Positions 28,597 to 41,965 of a DNA stretch of 64,000 nt are shown piece by piece; position 1 is the stretch's first letter, and every line of letters starts with the position of its first letter. Both the position numbers and the translations under genes were made by a program. The DNA is from the human T2T-CHM13v2.0 reference genome, Homo sapiens. The notes beneath the pieces are model-generated. The model saw only the letters and a list, made by a program, of their open reading frames with translations, made no database searches and was not told the origin of the DNA. The stretch lies in the NCBI RefSeq assembly GCF_009914755.1, contig NC_060937.1; one strand, 5' to 3'.

Positions 28597-29590
28597 TTGG
28601 AGACATCATATTACCCAACTTCAAATTATACTACAAGGTTATAGTTACCAAAACAGCATGGTATGCATAGAAATAGGCATGTAGATCAGCAAACAGAACA
28701 GAGAACCCAGAAATAAAGCCAAATACTTACAGCCAAATGATCTTTGACAAAGCATACGAAAATATAAATTGGGGAAAGGACATCCTATTCAATAACTGGT
28801 GTTGAGAAAACTGATGGGCCACATATAGAAGAATAAAACTGGAGCCCCATCTCTCACCTTATACAAAAATCAACTCAAGATGGATCAAAGACTTAAATCT
28901 AAAACCTGAAACCACAAAAATTCTAAAAGATAACATCAGAAAAACTCTTCTAGACATTGGCTTAGGCAAAGAATTCATTACTAAGACCCAAAAAGCAAAT
29001 GCAACAAAGATAAGTAGATGGGATATAATTAAACTAAAAGCCTTCTGCACAGCAAAAGAAACAATCAGCAGAGTTAACAGATAACTCACAGAATGGGAGA
29101 AGATCTTCACATTCTATACATCTGACAAAGGACTAATATCCAGAATCTACAAAGAACTCAAATACATCAGCAAGAAAAAATAAAAAATCCCATCACAAAG
29201 TGGGCTAAGGACATGAATAGACAATTGCCAAAGGAAGATGTACAAATGGCCAACAAAGATAAGAAAACCTGCTCAACATCACTAATCATCAGGGAAATGC
29301 AAATTAAAACCACAATGAGTTAGCATCTTACTCCTGCAAGAATGGCCATATTCAAAAAGTCAAAAAACAATAGATGTTGGCATAGACGTGTTGAACAGCA
29401 AACACTTTTGCACGCTGTTGGGAATGTAAATTAGTACAACCACCATGTAAAAGAGTGTGGAGGTTCCTTAAAGAACTAAAAGTAGAACTCAAGTGACGGG
29501 TGCAGTAAAATCTCAGAAATCACCAGTTAAGAACTTATCCATGTAACCAAAACCCACATGTACCCTAAAACTATTAAGATTAAAATTTAG
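28597..29590 (+). mobile_element. L1PB-like fragment with an internal deletion near 29490
   Basis: ORF2-like sequence to ...aagtagaactc is joined directly to the terminal 3'UTR aagtgacgggtgcagtaaaatctcag. Confidence 0.85.
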
Positions 29591-30213
29591 AAAATTGTCT
29601 TTCCAGGACTCTGCTTTCTCTCAAACAGACAAAAATTAGTGGCTAGTAATAATGCTAGTTACATTTGTAATGGCGGTAACATACTCAAGGGAGCCCAGAA
29701 GCTATGAATTAAACCTTCACCATGGATTTCATTCTTCCTTTGCGGAATAAGCTGTTTAAACTCAAGGAAATTTCATTTCTCTGTATCGCCTTTTCACGTC
29801 TGTAAGTTTGTGATAATCACACTCTCCACACTTACTTTCAAGGTTGCTCTCTGCCTCCTCTATACTTTCTTAATAGTTATGTATAAAGCCTGCAGGCTAG
29901 CATCTGTTTAATTTGCCTACTTCTGCAGATGAATATGCATTTCTTAGTTTATGAACCAACTGAGTTTGTGGCAATTTGTTAAGGCAGGAATAGAAAACTA
30001 ATACAATCGGTTCTTAGTAAATGTTTGTTGACTGAGTAAATTTCAAGAGAAAATTCTCAGAAGAAAAGAAGGCAGAATATACTTCTTAGTAGGAAAAATA
30101 TTATACAAGAGAAAGAATATAAACTTACACATATTCACCACATTTATTCTTACAATGTCTCCCTAGAACAGCAAGTCTAGCAAAGTATTTTATAATAACA
30201 GCAGGGAAATCAT

Positions 30214-30620
30214 CAATGGTAGGCTAGATGAAGAAAACGTGGTACATATACACTATGGAATAGTATGCAGCCATAAAAAAGAACAAGATTATGTCCTTTG
30301 CAGAGACATGGATGGAGCTGGAGGCCATTATCTTTAGTAAACTAACACAGGAAAAGAAAACCAAATACTGCATGTTCACGCTTATAAGTGGGAGCTAAAT
30401 GATGAGAACACATGGACACAGAGGGGAACAACACACATTGATGTCTTTTGGAGTGGAGAAGGTGGAAGAAGGGAGAGGATCAGGAAAAATAACTAATGGG
30501 TACTAGGCTTAATGCCTGGGTGATGAAATAATCTGTACAAGAAACCCCCATGACATGACTTTACCTATATAACAAACCCATGCATGTACCCCTGAACTTA
30601 AAATAAAAGTTTACAAAAAT
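30214..30620 (+). mobile_element. Old L1PA (PA13-16-like) 3' end
   Basis: gggagaggatcaggaaaaataactaatgggtactaggcttaa; TSD cagggaaatcat at 30202-13 and 30621-32. Confidence 0.88.
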
Positions 30621-30709
30621 CAGGGAAATCATTTATAAGTCTCTAGAATCAAGCTAGTAATGAGAAAGTTACTCCAATTCCAAAATAAAGTTCAGGTGAA
30701 AAGAAAAAG

Positions 30710-31665
30710 CATTCTCAACAGCCAAGATGTAGAAACAATTAGAGTGTTCATCAATGGACAAATGGAAAAATAAACTGATATATAAGAATATAACATAGAA
30801 TATTTTTCAGCCTTAAAAAAGGTAGAGATCCTGCCACTTGCCACAATGTGGATGAACCTAGGGGACATTATGTTAAGTGAAATAAGCCAGACACAGAAAT
30901 AAAAATATTACATGATGGCACTTACATGTGGAATCTAAAAAACCAAAAAAGTTCAAATATAGAGAGATGATAAAACAGTGGTCTCCATGGTGGGGGAGAT
31001 GGGGAGATGTAGGTCAAAGGATGCAAAGTAGCAAATATGGAGGATGAACAGGTTGAAGGATCTAATGTAGAACATGAGGACTAATAATAGCGTATTGTAT
31101 TCAGGATTTTTGTTAAATGAGTAAATTATGGCTGCTCTTGCCACAGGGGTTGGGGGGAGGTGACCAAGTGAGAGGATAGACATGATAAATTTGTTCCACT
31201 ATTAACCATTCTCCTATATATATGTTTGCTATGGTTTGAATGTGTCCCCTGAATCTCATGTGTTGGAAACTTAATCCTCAAATTTATATGTTGATTGGAG
31301 GTGGGGCCTTTGGAAGGGACTTAAGATCACATAAGGTCATCAGAGTGGGGCCCGCTGGTAGAACCTGTGGCTTTGTAAGAAGAGGAAGAGATGCCTGAGC
31401 TGGCAGGTATGCTCTTGTGCTCTGGGCAAATGATGTCCTCCACCACACTACAACACAGCTGGAAGACCCTCACTAGAGGTGTCGCTAAACCTTGGACCTC
31501 CCAGCCTCCAAAACTGTCAGAAATAAATATCTTTTCTTTATACATTACCTAGTCTTTGGTATTCTGTCATAGCCACATAAAATGGACCAAGACAATGTAT
31601 CTTATAACATCATATTGTATATCTTAATGTACCCTAAATACGCAAAATACAATTTATTTATTTTT
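30710..31665 (+). mobile_element. L1MA-type 3' end interrupted by an MST-type MaLR LTR (~31227-31593)
   Basis: L1: gacattatgttaagtgaaataagccag. LTR: tgctatggtttgaatgtgtcccc...aatggaccaagaca. Confidence 0.82.
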
Positions 31666-32943
31666 TAAAAAGAGCATAGAAAAGCAATGGACCAAGCTAA
31701 GTGGGAAGTCAGATGTGCTGGCTTTTCCTGTGGGCTTTCCTGTGAACTTGGGAAAGCTACTGAATTTCTCTATTCTTCAAATTTATTTATTTGCTAAATT
31801 TAATTGTTGAGCTACCGTGTTAGACAAATATGACCAAGAAAGTCCCTGCCTGCTTCTTCATGTGTGGCTGATGTTCCTAGCCGTTCACTGCATCCACTCT
31901 CGTGTCTGCATTCTCCCTTCAGGCTGAGGCTAGCAGTCCACAGTAAACAACATGGCACTCACCTGCTGGAGTGGGGCAGCAGCTTGGCCCCTTCCAGCTC
32001 TACAGCTCTGTGATTTTACGTGAGGAATTTCTTTAATCATTTGTCCACACTTGCTTTTGTGTGTGTGCGCAAATTGATGGAGCTCTTGATTTTTTAATAA
32101 ATTTGAAGTTTCCTCATGGAAATTTTTATATCCTTTAAAATGTTATTCATCCCTTTGTGGAAATAATGACGGAAATGAAGGGAGATAGAAACCAATTTTC
32201 CTGGTAAGGATTAAGGCTGAGAATTTGAAAGCTGTCCAGAAATTAAATAAAACAGTTATATAAAAGTATTAGTCTATATTTCCTTTCAGAACCTTAAATA
32301 TGAACCCATAAAATAAGGCTGGGAATGACAGAACAAATATACTTTCAAATGGAAGAAAATTTTCCTAGAGATAGAAAGTTTATCTGGCTAGTTTTGAGAT
32401 TTTCTTACTCTTTCTTTTTCTTTTTAAATAGGTTTAATTTTTAGTGCAGTTTTAAATTTTCAGCAATATTGAGCAGAAACTACAGAGAGTGGCTTGATTT
32501 TTCAGAGGAAAAATTCCCTAACTGCAGTTTCCTGAGCTGATGGGTTTTCAGATTTAGGTCTAAAGTCTTCCAATTATTAAACCATGATTAATGGGACATA
32601 GCACACACAGCAGCATTGCAAATTGATTGTGCTTCTAAATTCCTTCAAAAGGAGATTCATAAAATTTACAAAAATAATTTTACTTTACAATTAAAGACTA
32701 TCTGCAATGTTAATACCCTTTCTTCGTTACTACTCTCTGCGTAATTATCATCCTCTAAATCCTGCTGGCTGAGCTCCCTCGATGCCTTTGTAATTCCTTT
32801 TTATTTCTTCCTGTCCTCTAATCCTCCAGAACTTCTGAAGCATGCAGAATTCGCCTTCATACAAGAGTTGGAATTTGTTCTTTGCTTGAACAAATAACAT
32901 TGAATATGTCTGTTTTACTCCAAAACTTAAAGGCATTGCTCAG

Positions 32944-33880
32944 CGTATTCCTCTGCTAGGGGAGTCATCACAAAATCCCACATACTAGGGGGCTTAAACA
33001 ACACAATTCAGCTTCTCTCATTTCTGGGGCTAGATGTCCAAAATCAATGTGTTGGCAGGGTTGGCTCCTTCCGGGGGGTTTTCAGGAAAGCTCTGGTATG
33101 GGCCTTTCTTCTTGGCTTGTAGACGATCATCTTCTTCCTACATCTATTCACATTGTTTTATCTCTATGTGTCTATATCCAAATTTCCCCTTTTTATACGC
33201 TGTTATGGGAAGAATTGCATACTCCAAAAACGTACCTGTTGAGGCCCTAACTCCCAGTACGCTAACATGTAAATGTATTTCACAATATGTGTGTGTAAGG
33301 CCTTCAAAGGGGTGCCATGAGGCTTTTAGGGTGGGTCCTAGTTCAATAGGACAGATGTCATTATTGGGGTGCCATGAGGCTTTTAGGGTGGGTCCTAGTT
33401 CAATAGGACAGATGTCATTATTGGGGTGCCATGAGGCTTTTAGGGTGGGTCCTAGTTCAATAGGACAGATGTCATTATTGGACACAGAGAGGAAATTTGG
33501 ACACACAGAGAGACCCTAAAGATGTGCTGGCATGGAGGCAAGACCATGTGAAGACACAGCGAGAAGGCAGTGTCTACAGGCCAAGGAGAGAGGCCTCAGA
33601 AGAAACAAAACCTTGATCTCAGATGTCTAGTCTTCAGAAGGGCGAGAAAATTCATTTTTGTTGCTGAAGCCCTGTAGCATGTGGTATTTTGTCACGGCAG
33701 CCCTAGTGGACTAACACATACACTAATTACATTGGACTAGGGCTCATCCTAATGACCCATTTTAACTTGAAGAGCTCCATAACCAAGTTATTTCCATATA
33801 CGGTCACATTCTGGGGTGCTGGGGGTTAGGATGTCAACATCTGAATTTGGAGAACAGGGGATACAATTGAACACATGACA
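32944..33880. mobile_element. Nested MLT1 LTRs: minus-strand host with a plus-strand MLT1 at 33201-33718
   Basis: Host reads ...gcttaaacaacacaattc...aatttcccctttttat and resumes at cattggactagggctc. Insert is tgttatgg...ctaacaca with 5-bp TSD tacgc/tacac. Confidence 0.8.
33309..33481. repeat. Three perfect tandem copies of a 57-bp unit
   Basis: ggggtgccatgaggcttttagggtgggtcctagttcaataggacagatgtcattatt starts at 33309, 33366 and 33423. Confidence 0.97.
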
Positions 33881-35446
33881 CTGAGTTTGGGGTACCTATT
33901 CAAAATGTAAGTTCCATAAGCTTAGATGCCACATCACTTTTCAGCCTTTGTTTTAAGTTCCAGCATTCCAGGTAGCGGAGGTGTGTGGCGGCGGTGTGAA
34001 CTCCATTCAGCAGAAGCCTCCATACTGCATTGACAGGAGGGTGGGATACAAGGACAAAAAACAGCTTTGACATGAAATACTGAGATGCTTCTTTCTGACT
34101 CCCAATGGAGGACACTTTGTTAAAGTGCATCCAACCATCAGCCCCCTTGCCCCTTCACAGCATTGCCACAGACACCCGTGGGCGGGAGCATTGCAGGCTG
34201 TGCAGAGCATGGCTGACCTTCGCTGCTTGTCCTGAGTGACACCTCCCACCACAGAGCTTCTTCTTGCTCAAAGGACGGAGTTGCTACTCACTAATGAACT
34301 CATCCAATGTTTGCTTATTGAACACAAACAATGTGTCTGGCACTTTTTTGGTGTCCTGTGGACACACCAGAGGACATAAGTTCTTACCTTAACCCAACTC
34401 ACCAAAACGAGAAGGAGAGAGGAAAGTGTCCTGTGATTAAAATGCAGCCCAGTGAGCACCACAGCAGCAGAAGCACAGGGTGCTCTGGGCACACTTGCTC
34501 TAAACTCCCCCTTGGGGGTCAGGGAGGACCTCCTCCTGGGAGCCACAGTTACTTCAGGATTAGCCAGAGGAAGCTTTGACAGACGGGCATCCCAGGCAGT
34601 GGGGCTTCACATGCTGGGTGGCTATATCTGGGGTGTTGGGTCCCAAAGAGGAAGTGATGATGAATGAGCTCGGGGGGCGGTGGGAAACAGGTCAAATCAA
34701 GCCAGGTTAAGGAGCTTGCAGACTCTCCTAAGGGAATTAGGACTTCGAGCGAGGGGCATGATCTGTGCCAAAAATGGGTTACATGGCAAGCATCTCCCAC
34801 ACGATGAATGCACAGACTCTTTCATCCGTCTCTACTTCTTGGTAGACATTTATTTTACAGTAAAATTCATAAGCTGTGGTAAATGATACAGCAACAAAAA
34901 TATGCCTTGCAGAACTGCATTTAATAACAGATGGCTAGGAATAACTCAAATGGCCATTAGTCAGGAACTGAGTAAACTGAGTAAATAAACAATAACAAGT
35001 CTGTAACCCATGACATCAGTCGCCAGTTGGCTGGAGGAGGTGACTTGATCTTGCCTGTTTTGGGTCTTTTGGATGTTGTGTCATGAGCACCACTTATCAA
35101 TTCAAACATAAGCATGCACACTTTATTTCAATATTTCGAAAGTATGTAATATCAACTGCTGTAGTCCCGGTGACTTTAGTGCGGCCACAGGACCTGTTCC
35201 TACTCATTGGTGGCATCAGACGTAACTCTGAGGTTGAACCTTAAGGACCCTGGAGCTGCGGGGCCAGGGGGACCGAGTGAAAATGAACACTCATCCAGTG
35301 AAATTGCCTATTTACCACATCGGCAGACACGCCACTGCAATGAAGAGATGGCGACTGAGAACTATTTTGGCTTTTGTCTCCAGTTCTCAAAAACTGGCCT
35401 TTCCATGTGATCCCTTCCAAGGTCTATGATATGTGCATGTACGTTG

Positions 35447-35500
35447 ATATCTATCTATCTATCTATCTATCATCTATCTATCTATCTATCTATCTATCTA
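35447..35500. repeat. (TATC)n STR, interrupted
   Basis: Read directly. Confidence 0.93.
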
Positions 35501-35634
35501 CCCATCCATAAGTTGATAAGTTGATAGATATCTCTCAATGTATAGGCACATATCATAGGCCTTGGAAGAGATCAGAAGGAAGTTTCTCTAGCTCTTCACA
35601 GTTCACAATGAAATGCTACATCTTAAAATTCCCT

Positions 35635-35927
<293 letters not shown>

Positions 35928-38229
35928 TTACTATGCAGCGAGCAACAGGTCCTATCTTGGGACAATTATTTCCCTTGTGATTGAAATTATTTTCATTTCC
36001 CTTGCAATGTTTGTTCCCGCGTACTTGAAGGTGGACTTCCTGGGGCTTTCTCAGCCCACTTACACACAAAAAAAGACTAAAACATGGCAAATGTCCCTAA
36101 GACAAGCCCAAAAAGACATCTCCCTCACTCCCTCAGGTAATGACATATTCCGTAAAGGAGGAGCTATTAGTGAAGGTTGCCATGAGCCTTACTTTCTGGC
36201 AGGAGTGAGTTTCGGTGGCGAGGTCGGCATTTTCAGACTCTCTATGCCTGGGTTCGTCACTCTTTTGACCCCATAAATTGGTTAATAAAGGTACAACATA
36301 CCATATTTAGGACTGAACCAGTAGTGTCAGATGATAACATAATAACCGGAGAACCATCATCTTAAAATAGCATTCTAGAAGTTTTATTCCTAACTGAACT
36401 TTTTATTTTCAAGTTTTCTTCTTGGAGAATTTACACATTTATTCCATCAGTGCTGCTATGCCTAAATTAAATTCACTCTTTCTTTTTTTAATTTGGAATT
36501 AACTTTAAAACTAATTTTAAAGTTCTGCTTACAAATTGGTCTTCAGTTTTTAAACCTAAGGTATTTTTTACTTATTACCTACATTATCTGGAAATTTAGC
36601 TATTTTGATTGTATCTATATATAAATTGGATATTTGAATGATGTATAAATTATATAAATATATGTTGATATGGTATAGATATTATATATTATATATACAA
36701 TCTATTATATATTATAAAATAGCTATAACACAAGGATAAGGTGATTTGGATTCATAATAATATTCACACAGACATTTTAGAAACTTTAGCTCTGTTCTTA
36801 CCCTTTATACTAATTTATTTGTGTGTGTGTGTATTCATCCTAAGAATCTCACTAACCAATCTGACAAAATTAGCCATCTAAGCAAAAAATTTTCCTGAGA
36901 ACAATGACCTAGACAGTCTTCTTTTCTTTATTTAACCAGAAAAATGTCTATGTTCCAAAGTGCTTGTAACATTCATTTTTAATGTGACGTGTGATGTTGA
37001 GAAATCAGGACATGTTTGTTGAACAATGAGATTTGCAATGCAAAGACAGCAGGCTGTGGGCGTGATCACCTTCCGTTAACCTACTGACTGACTTTTTCCA
37101 GCTGTACATAGCAAGGAAACAATGGCTTACACATGAATTTCAGGATGGGCTGGCTGGTCGTTTCCTGTTCCACTACAAATGCTGGACTAAGAGCCAGGAA
37201 ATGTGGAGCTATTCTTGTTTCTGCAATTGCTTGTTTTGAGGGAGTGGTTAATCCTCAAGGCATCAAACTAGATGACTTCAGTAATTTTGGTTTGTCTAAG
37301 ATTGACTGAATCTATAATTGCACAGGATAATTTCATTGTTCAAATTAGTCCAGTATCCAGAACAGCTACCAAGTGGGCATAAATTCTTACAAAGAATTCG
37401 CGAATTCTTCACATCTTCACAAAGATGTCTTACTTGCAGACAAGATAGGTAAATACTCTCATTGAATAAGATTTCACCTGTTCTGGGAAATCTCACTTGG
37501 CCATATTCTTCCTAAACTGACATTCCAGAATTCAAATCTTTCCTTTGGCTTCCCGCTTTGACAGCCACTGTGTGGTCAGTAGTTCTAAGTTCACTCAGTC
37601 ACGTTGAATGCAGGGAAACCTTTGTCACGGGTGTGTGTTATCGCCTCCTGGCTGTAGAGGAGATCACTACATGCTTTGATTCAGCTTCCATCTAAGAAGA
37701 GACTCACCAGCTCAGCAGTGCAGGCGCTGGCACTGCCTCTCTGAGGGCAGTGCGCATAGTCTGGCTTGAGCAAAGGGTGACTTTCCTTCCAGAGGGTTCA
37801 GAGGGCCTGAAAATATTTGCCAGACACGGTGTCACTTCTGTGCAAGGTCAGCGAGTGACATCTTCCCTCAATGGCATCAAAAAGGACAGCCATCAGGTGC
37901 TGTGCTCCATCCCCCGTGGTGCCCCCTGACATCGTGATGGGCCCTGACATGGCTCAGGCTGGGCCCTCAGTGGTTCCCTGGGGCAGCTGGCTCAGGACCC
38001 ACCACTGAAGCACAGACACTTCTCAGGGCTGATTGAACTCCCGTCCCTGCAAGTGCTCCTGGCTTGGTTTTCTCCACTCTCCCTGGTCTGATGCATTTCA
38101 TTTCTCCTCTTAGACCAGGCAAGGTGTAGCAATGAGAAGCAGAAGGATAACTTGAACTACGTTAGAATTTTCCCCAAAGGCTGTCGAGGTGAGCAAGCTC
38201 ATGCAGGGCCTGCCCAGTTGTCAGCATGC

Positions 38230-38546
38230 CTGGAGGCAGAGGGGGGCAGAGGGAGGCAGAGCTCTCCCTGCTCTCCAACAAGTGTCACCCAGGTGAGCTG
38301 GAGGCAGAGAGGGGCGCCCACAAGCTCTCCCTGCTCTCCAGGTGAGCTGGAGGCAGAGAGGGGCGCCCACAAGCTCTCCCTGCTCTCCAACGAGCATCAC
38401 CCAGGTGAGCTGGAGGCAGAGAGGGGCGCCCACAAGCTCTCCCTGCTCTCCAACAAGTGTCACCCAGGTGAGCTGGAGGCAGAGAGGGGCGCCCACAAGC
38501 TCTCCCTGCTCTCCAACAAGTGTCACCCAGGTGAGCTGGAGGCAGG
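38230..38546. repeat. GC-rich minisatellite, 63-bp unit, ~5 copies
   Basis: Unit ccaggtgagctggaggcagagaggggcgcccacaagctctccctgctctccaacaagtgtcac; one copy lacks ~14 bp and the first is degenerate. Confidence 0.95.
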
Positions 38547-39318
38547 TTGTCTTCCTCTCCCCACACAGACAAGCGTAAAACCTCATTCTCCTCTGCAGCT
38601 GCGCCTGCCGCTCCGCAAGCACCACCAGGCTGGACTACATGGGGTCCCATCTAGCTCGGGCCTCTGCTGTCAGCAGGCCTGGGCACTGTGTTCTGGCACT
38701 GGGCTCAGTACTCTTAGCCACTTGTGGAGGTGAGGCAATGAGACCTTACAGTGGGGGGCGATTTTCCAAAATTCATAGCTACTGGCAGAATCCAGACATC
38801 CTAATTCCTCCTCTATTCCCTACATACATTCTCTTGCCAAAGGCAAACTTGACCTGCTGGGATCTTTATGAATATAGAATTCAGAAAAAGTAATCTTAAG
38901 TAGGAATGATCTGAACTCAAACCTAAAGATATTAACTGAAATAAACCTCAAAAAGTACAATGTTTTAATGGAAGAAGATGTCACGAACATATGAAGTTAC
39001 TACATTTTACTTGGTTTTATAATCTACTCTCATTTTTTAAATTTTATTCTGGGCATACCATCTCCCTTCCCGTTTCTTTTTTGCCTTAAACTTTGACATA
39101 TTTATTAAAATATTTTGTATGAGATTAAATGATGCTATAACTACACTGGTCTTTTTATTATTCTGTTTTCAGAGAAAAAAAAACCTGATTTTAAAAAATT
39201 AAATGAACATACGCATACACAGGGGAAAATAAATAAATTGAAACGGCATAAATGTTCAAATTAAAATCTATAGAGGTATTTTTTTTTTCTACTGAAATTT
39301 TCCTCTAATGAGAACATC

Positions 39319-39561
39319 TTTTTTTTTTCTTTTATTATTATACTTTAAGTTTTAGGGTACATGTGCACATTGTGCAGGTTAGTTACATATGTATACATGT
39401 GCCACGCTGGTGGAGCTGCACCCACTAACTCGTCATCTAGCATTAGGTATATCTCCCAATGCTATCCCTCCCCCTTTCCCCCCACCCCACAACAGTCCCC
39501 AGAGTGTGATGTTCCCCTTCCTGTGTCCATGTGATCTCATTGTTCAATTCCCACCTATGAG
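39319..39561 (-). mobile_element. Young 5'-truncated L1 (L1PA2-like) 3'UTR
   Basis: Minus strand gagatcacatggacacagg...gcattgggagatatacctaatgctagatgacGAGttagtggg; TSD atgagaacatcttt at 39308-21 and 39557-70. Confidence 0.93.
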
Positions 39562-39793
39562 AACATCTTTGTCTTTTAAAAATCTTTCTCAACTCACTGG
39601 TCATGTGAGGACTGGATTTTTGCAAATGTTTTTTCTTTTGCAGTTGTGAAGTCACTCACAAGTAAACCGTGAGATGCCAAACATTTAAAAAAAAAATCCT
39701 TCGAATGTGATCAATATGTAGATCAATGCATTTCCTCCCCTCAGGTTATTCCCTTCCGTTGCCTGCAGGCAGTGAACGTCCTTTCAGACTCTC

Positions 39794-39827
39794 TGCAGGC
39801 GCGCAGAGTCGCCACCAGGGGGCGACC
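39794..39827 (+). promoter_or_regulatory. Candidate CTCF site with upstream motif
   Basis: TGCAGGCGC-gcagag-TCGCCACCAGGGGGCGACC; core CCACCAGGGGGCG is identical to consensus and local CpGs are retained. Confidence 0.75.
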
Positions 39828-41965
39828 ATCTCCCATTGCAGCCTCAACCGCCTGTCAAGTAAGGAACAACAGCAGCCCACAGTATTTTCCCCAGAGACAG
39901 AAACATAACCTTATTCCTGTCACAGCTCAAAAAGAAAGAAAAAGAAAAAAAATGGAATGCAGAATTTACATAGAATTCTTAAAATATGTTTTATCTCCAT
40001 TGTCAGTAACCCCCAGCAGACCAACTTTTACTTTTATTCCTTCAATAATTTCCCTCTGTAAGAGAGCAGTAAATCATGGCTGGTCTATTTTATCTATCAA
40101 TCAAATGATAATTTTCTTAATGTTTGTTACCATAGCACCCACAGCCTGTGCTCCTCTGCTGCCTCTGTTTTCTTCAGCTTGGTTCACTGTTAAAGGTAAG
40201 CAATCAAGGATTTCTCCAGGGGACTCTGGAATGAGGCGAGGGAGTGTGGAGAGGGAAGCCCACGTAATTACCACGATGACGGGTTGACATCGTAGAATCC
40301 AAAAACGACTTCCACCCCCTCACTTTAAAGATGAAGCAACTGAGTTTCTAAAATAGCACTGCATTATGCGAACTGAGCTTGCAAACCCAACAGAACCCAC
40401 CTTGACAAATTTTAGCTCAATAATGCCTAACATTAAATGACATGTTTCACCCTGACAGCACCTCAGAATTTCTTTCCAATTAATTTTTAAAACATTTCTT
40501 TAGTCACGTGTCAGTTTTATTCTTTAATAGAAAAAAATTCAAGAGAAATCTCAGGCAAAGTGTCTTTCCTTTTATCTCCTAAGACAGAATTGGAATTAAA
40601 CATATGCACGGGGATGCGCTTGTCATCAAGATCCGTGGTTAGAACATTTGGTCATGACCTTCTGTAACATCCTCAATCAAAAGCATTCTATAGTAATGGA
40701 CATGCATTCTCAGATATTTCATTTTTTAAAGTAAGTTCCTGGCTTACTAAAGGATCATAGGTAGCAGATGATCAAAAATATATACATTTAAAACTTTCAA
40801 ATTTGGTACATGGTGATGTGAGCACCATAAAGAAATGATGCACGAGATACTGAATTTAGTAAGTGTGACCAAAATGGTAAATAACTCCTGATCATTTACA
40901 GAAATTGTTCATTGATTCCAAGGGGTGATATTCCCTTTTTTGTGAATAATAGGAATCCTAGGTATCAGTATATAGCCAATAAGACAATGACAGGAAGAAC
41001 TTGAGATCTCTAAGATTCTGGGTACAGAGAACGCTAAGAAAAGGAATCACCATGCCACTGGTTTGTCACTAAGGAGAAGCACCTTGAAGAAAACTGATGC
41101 TCACATGGACAGTATCTGTCATCAGGCCATATGCAGTTACGTGCTTACAGAATACTTTTTTTTGAGGTCAATAAGAAAAGTAAGTGAAGAATCCTCGATA
41201 TCCTAGAGGGAATTCTCCGTCCTTCTGGAAGCTGTGAATTGGATGCAGTTCAAATAGTAGGAAAACCATTATAATTAAATCTGTTGAAGTTGAAGGAAAC
41301 TCCACCTATTCCTTTAATTCTTAGTGAGAAATGATTGCATTTTAACATCTAGAGTGGAAATCAAATGCTTGATGATTTTTTTCAAAAAGAAAAATTGCTG
41401 GAGGCAAGAGGAAGGTCACCTTACTTGGTGAATTCTTTTTGATGAAGTTACTGCATTTTACTTGGTTTCATAACCTACTCTCATTTTTTTATTTTATTCT
41501 GGGCATACCATCTCCCTTCCCATTTCTTTTTTCCCTTAAACTTTGATATATTTATTAAAATATTTTGTATGAGATTAAATGATGCTATAACTACACTGGT
41601 CTTTTTATTATTCTGTTTTCAGAGAAAAAAAACAGAATGTAAATGGCTCACATTTACTTGCAAACTTATTTATAATGTAAACTATTTAAAAATCCGTGTA
41701 CATTTGTAGGAGACGGACATCCAAAAATGTGCAACTTAAAATCTGGGAACAAATTATATGCACATATGTCTTACTAGTTTCCTTAGACGCATGACAAGCC
41801 ACTCCACAGTTTAGCCAGTGGTCCTCTGGGAGCTGTCCTCTATTCTAACATCATCCAAGATGAAACCCATTCTGGGGCCCATGTCTGGGACTCTTATAAG
41901 CAACGGGCAGGCAGCTGTGATGGACAGGAGTAGAAATCTCCTTGCTCAGGTCCAGCAGTGCACTC

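Noticed and set aside
33034-33519. 161-aa ORF with a triple repeat; CRISPR-like appearance
   Set aside because: Lies in MLT1 LTR sequence; the repeats are contiguous with no spacers, in a mammalian context.
38303-38320. CTCF-like gcagagaggggcgc in the minisatellite
   Set aside because: Mismatches at the key central AG positions.
38152-38733. 193-aa ORF and overlapping ORFs
   Set aside because: Open only because of the 63-bp GC-rich minisatellite; no ATG start and no recognisable protein.
39772-40287. 171-aa ORF
   Set aside because: GTG start, antisense to the gene, low-complexity composition and no recognisable domain.
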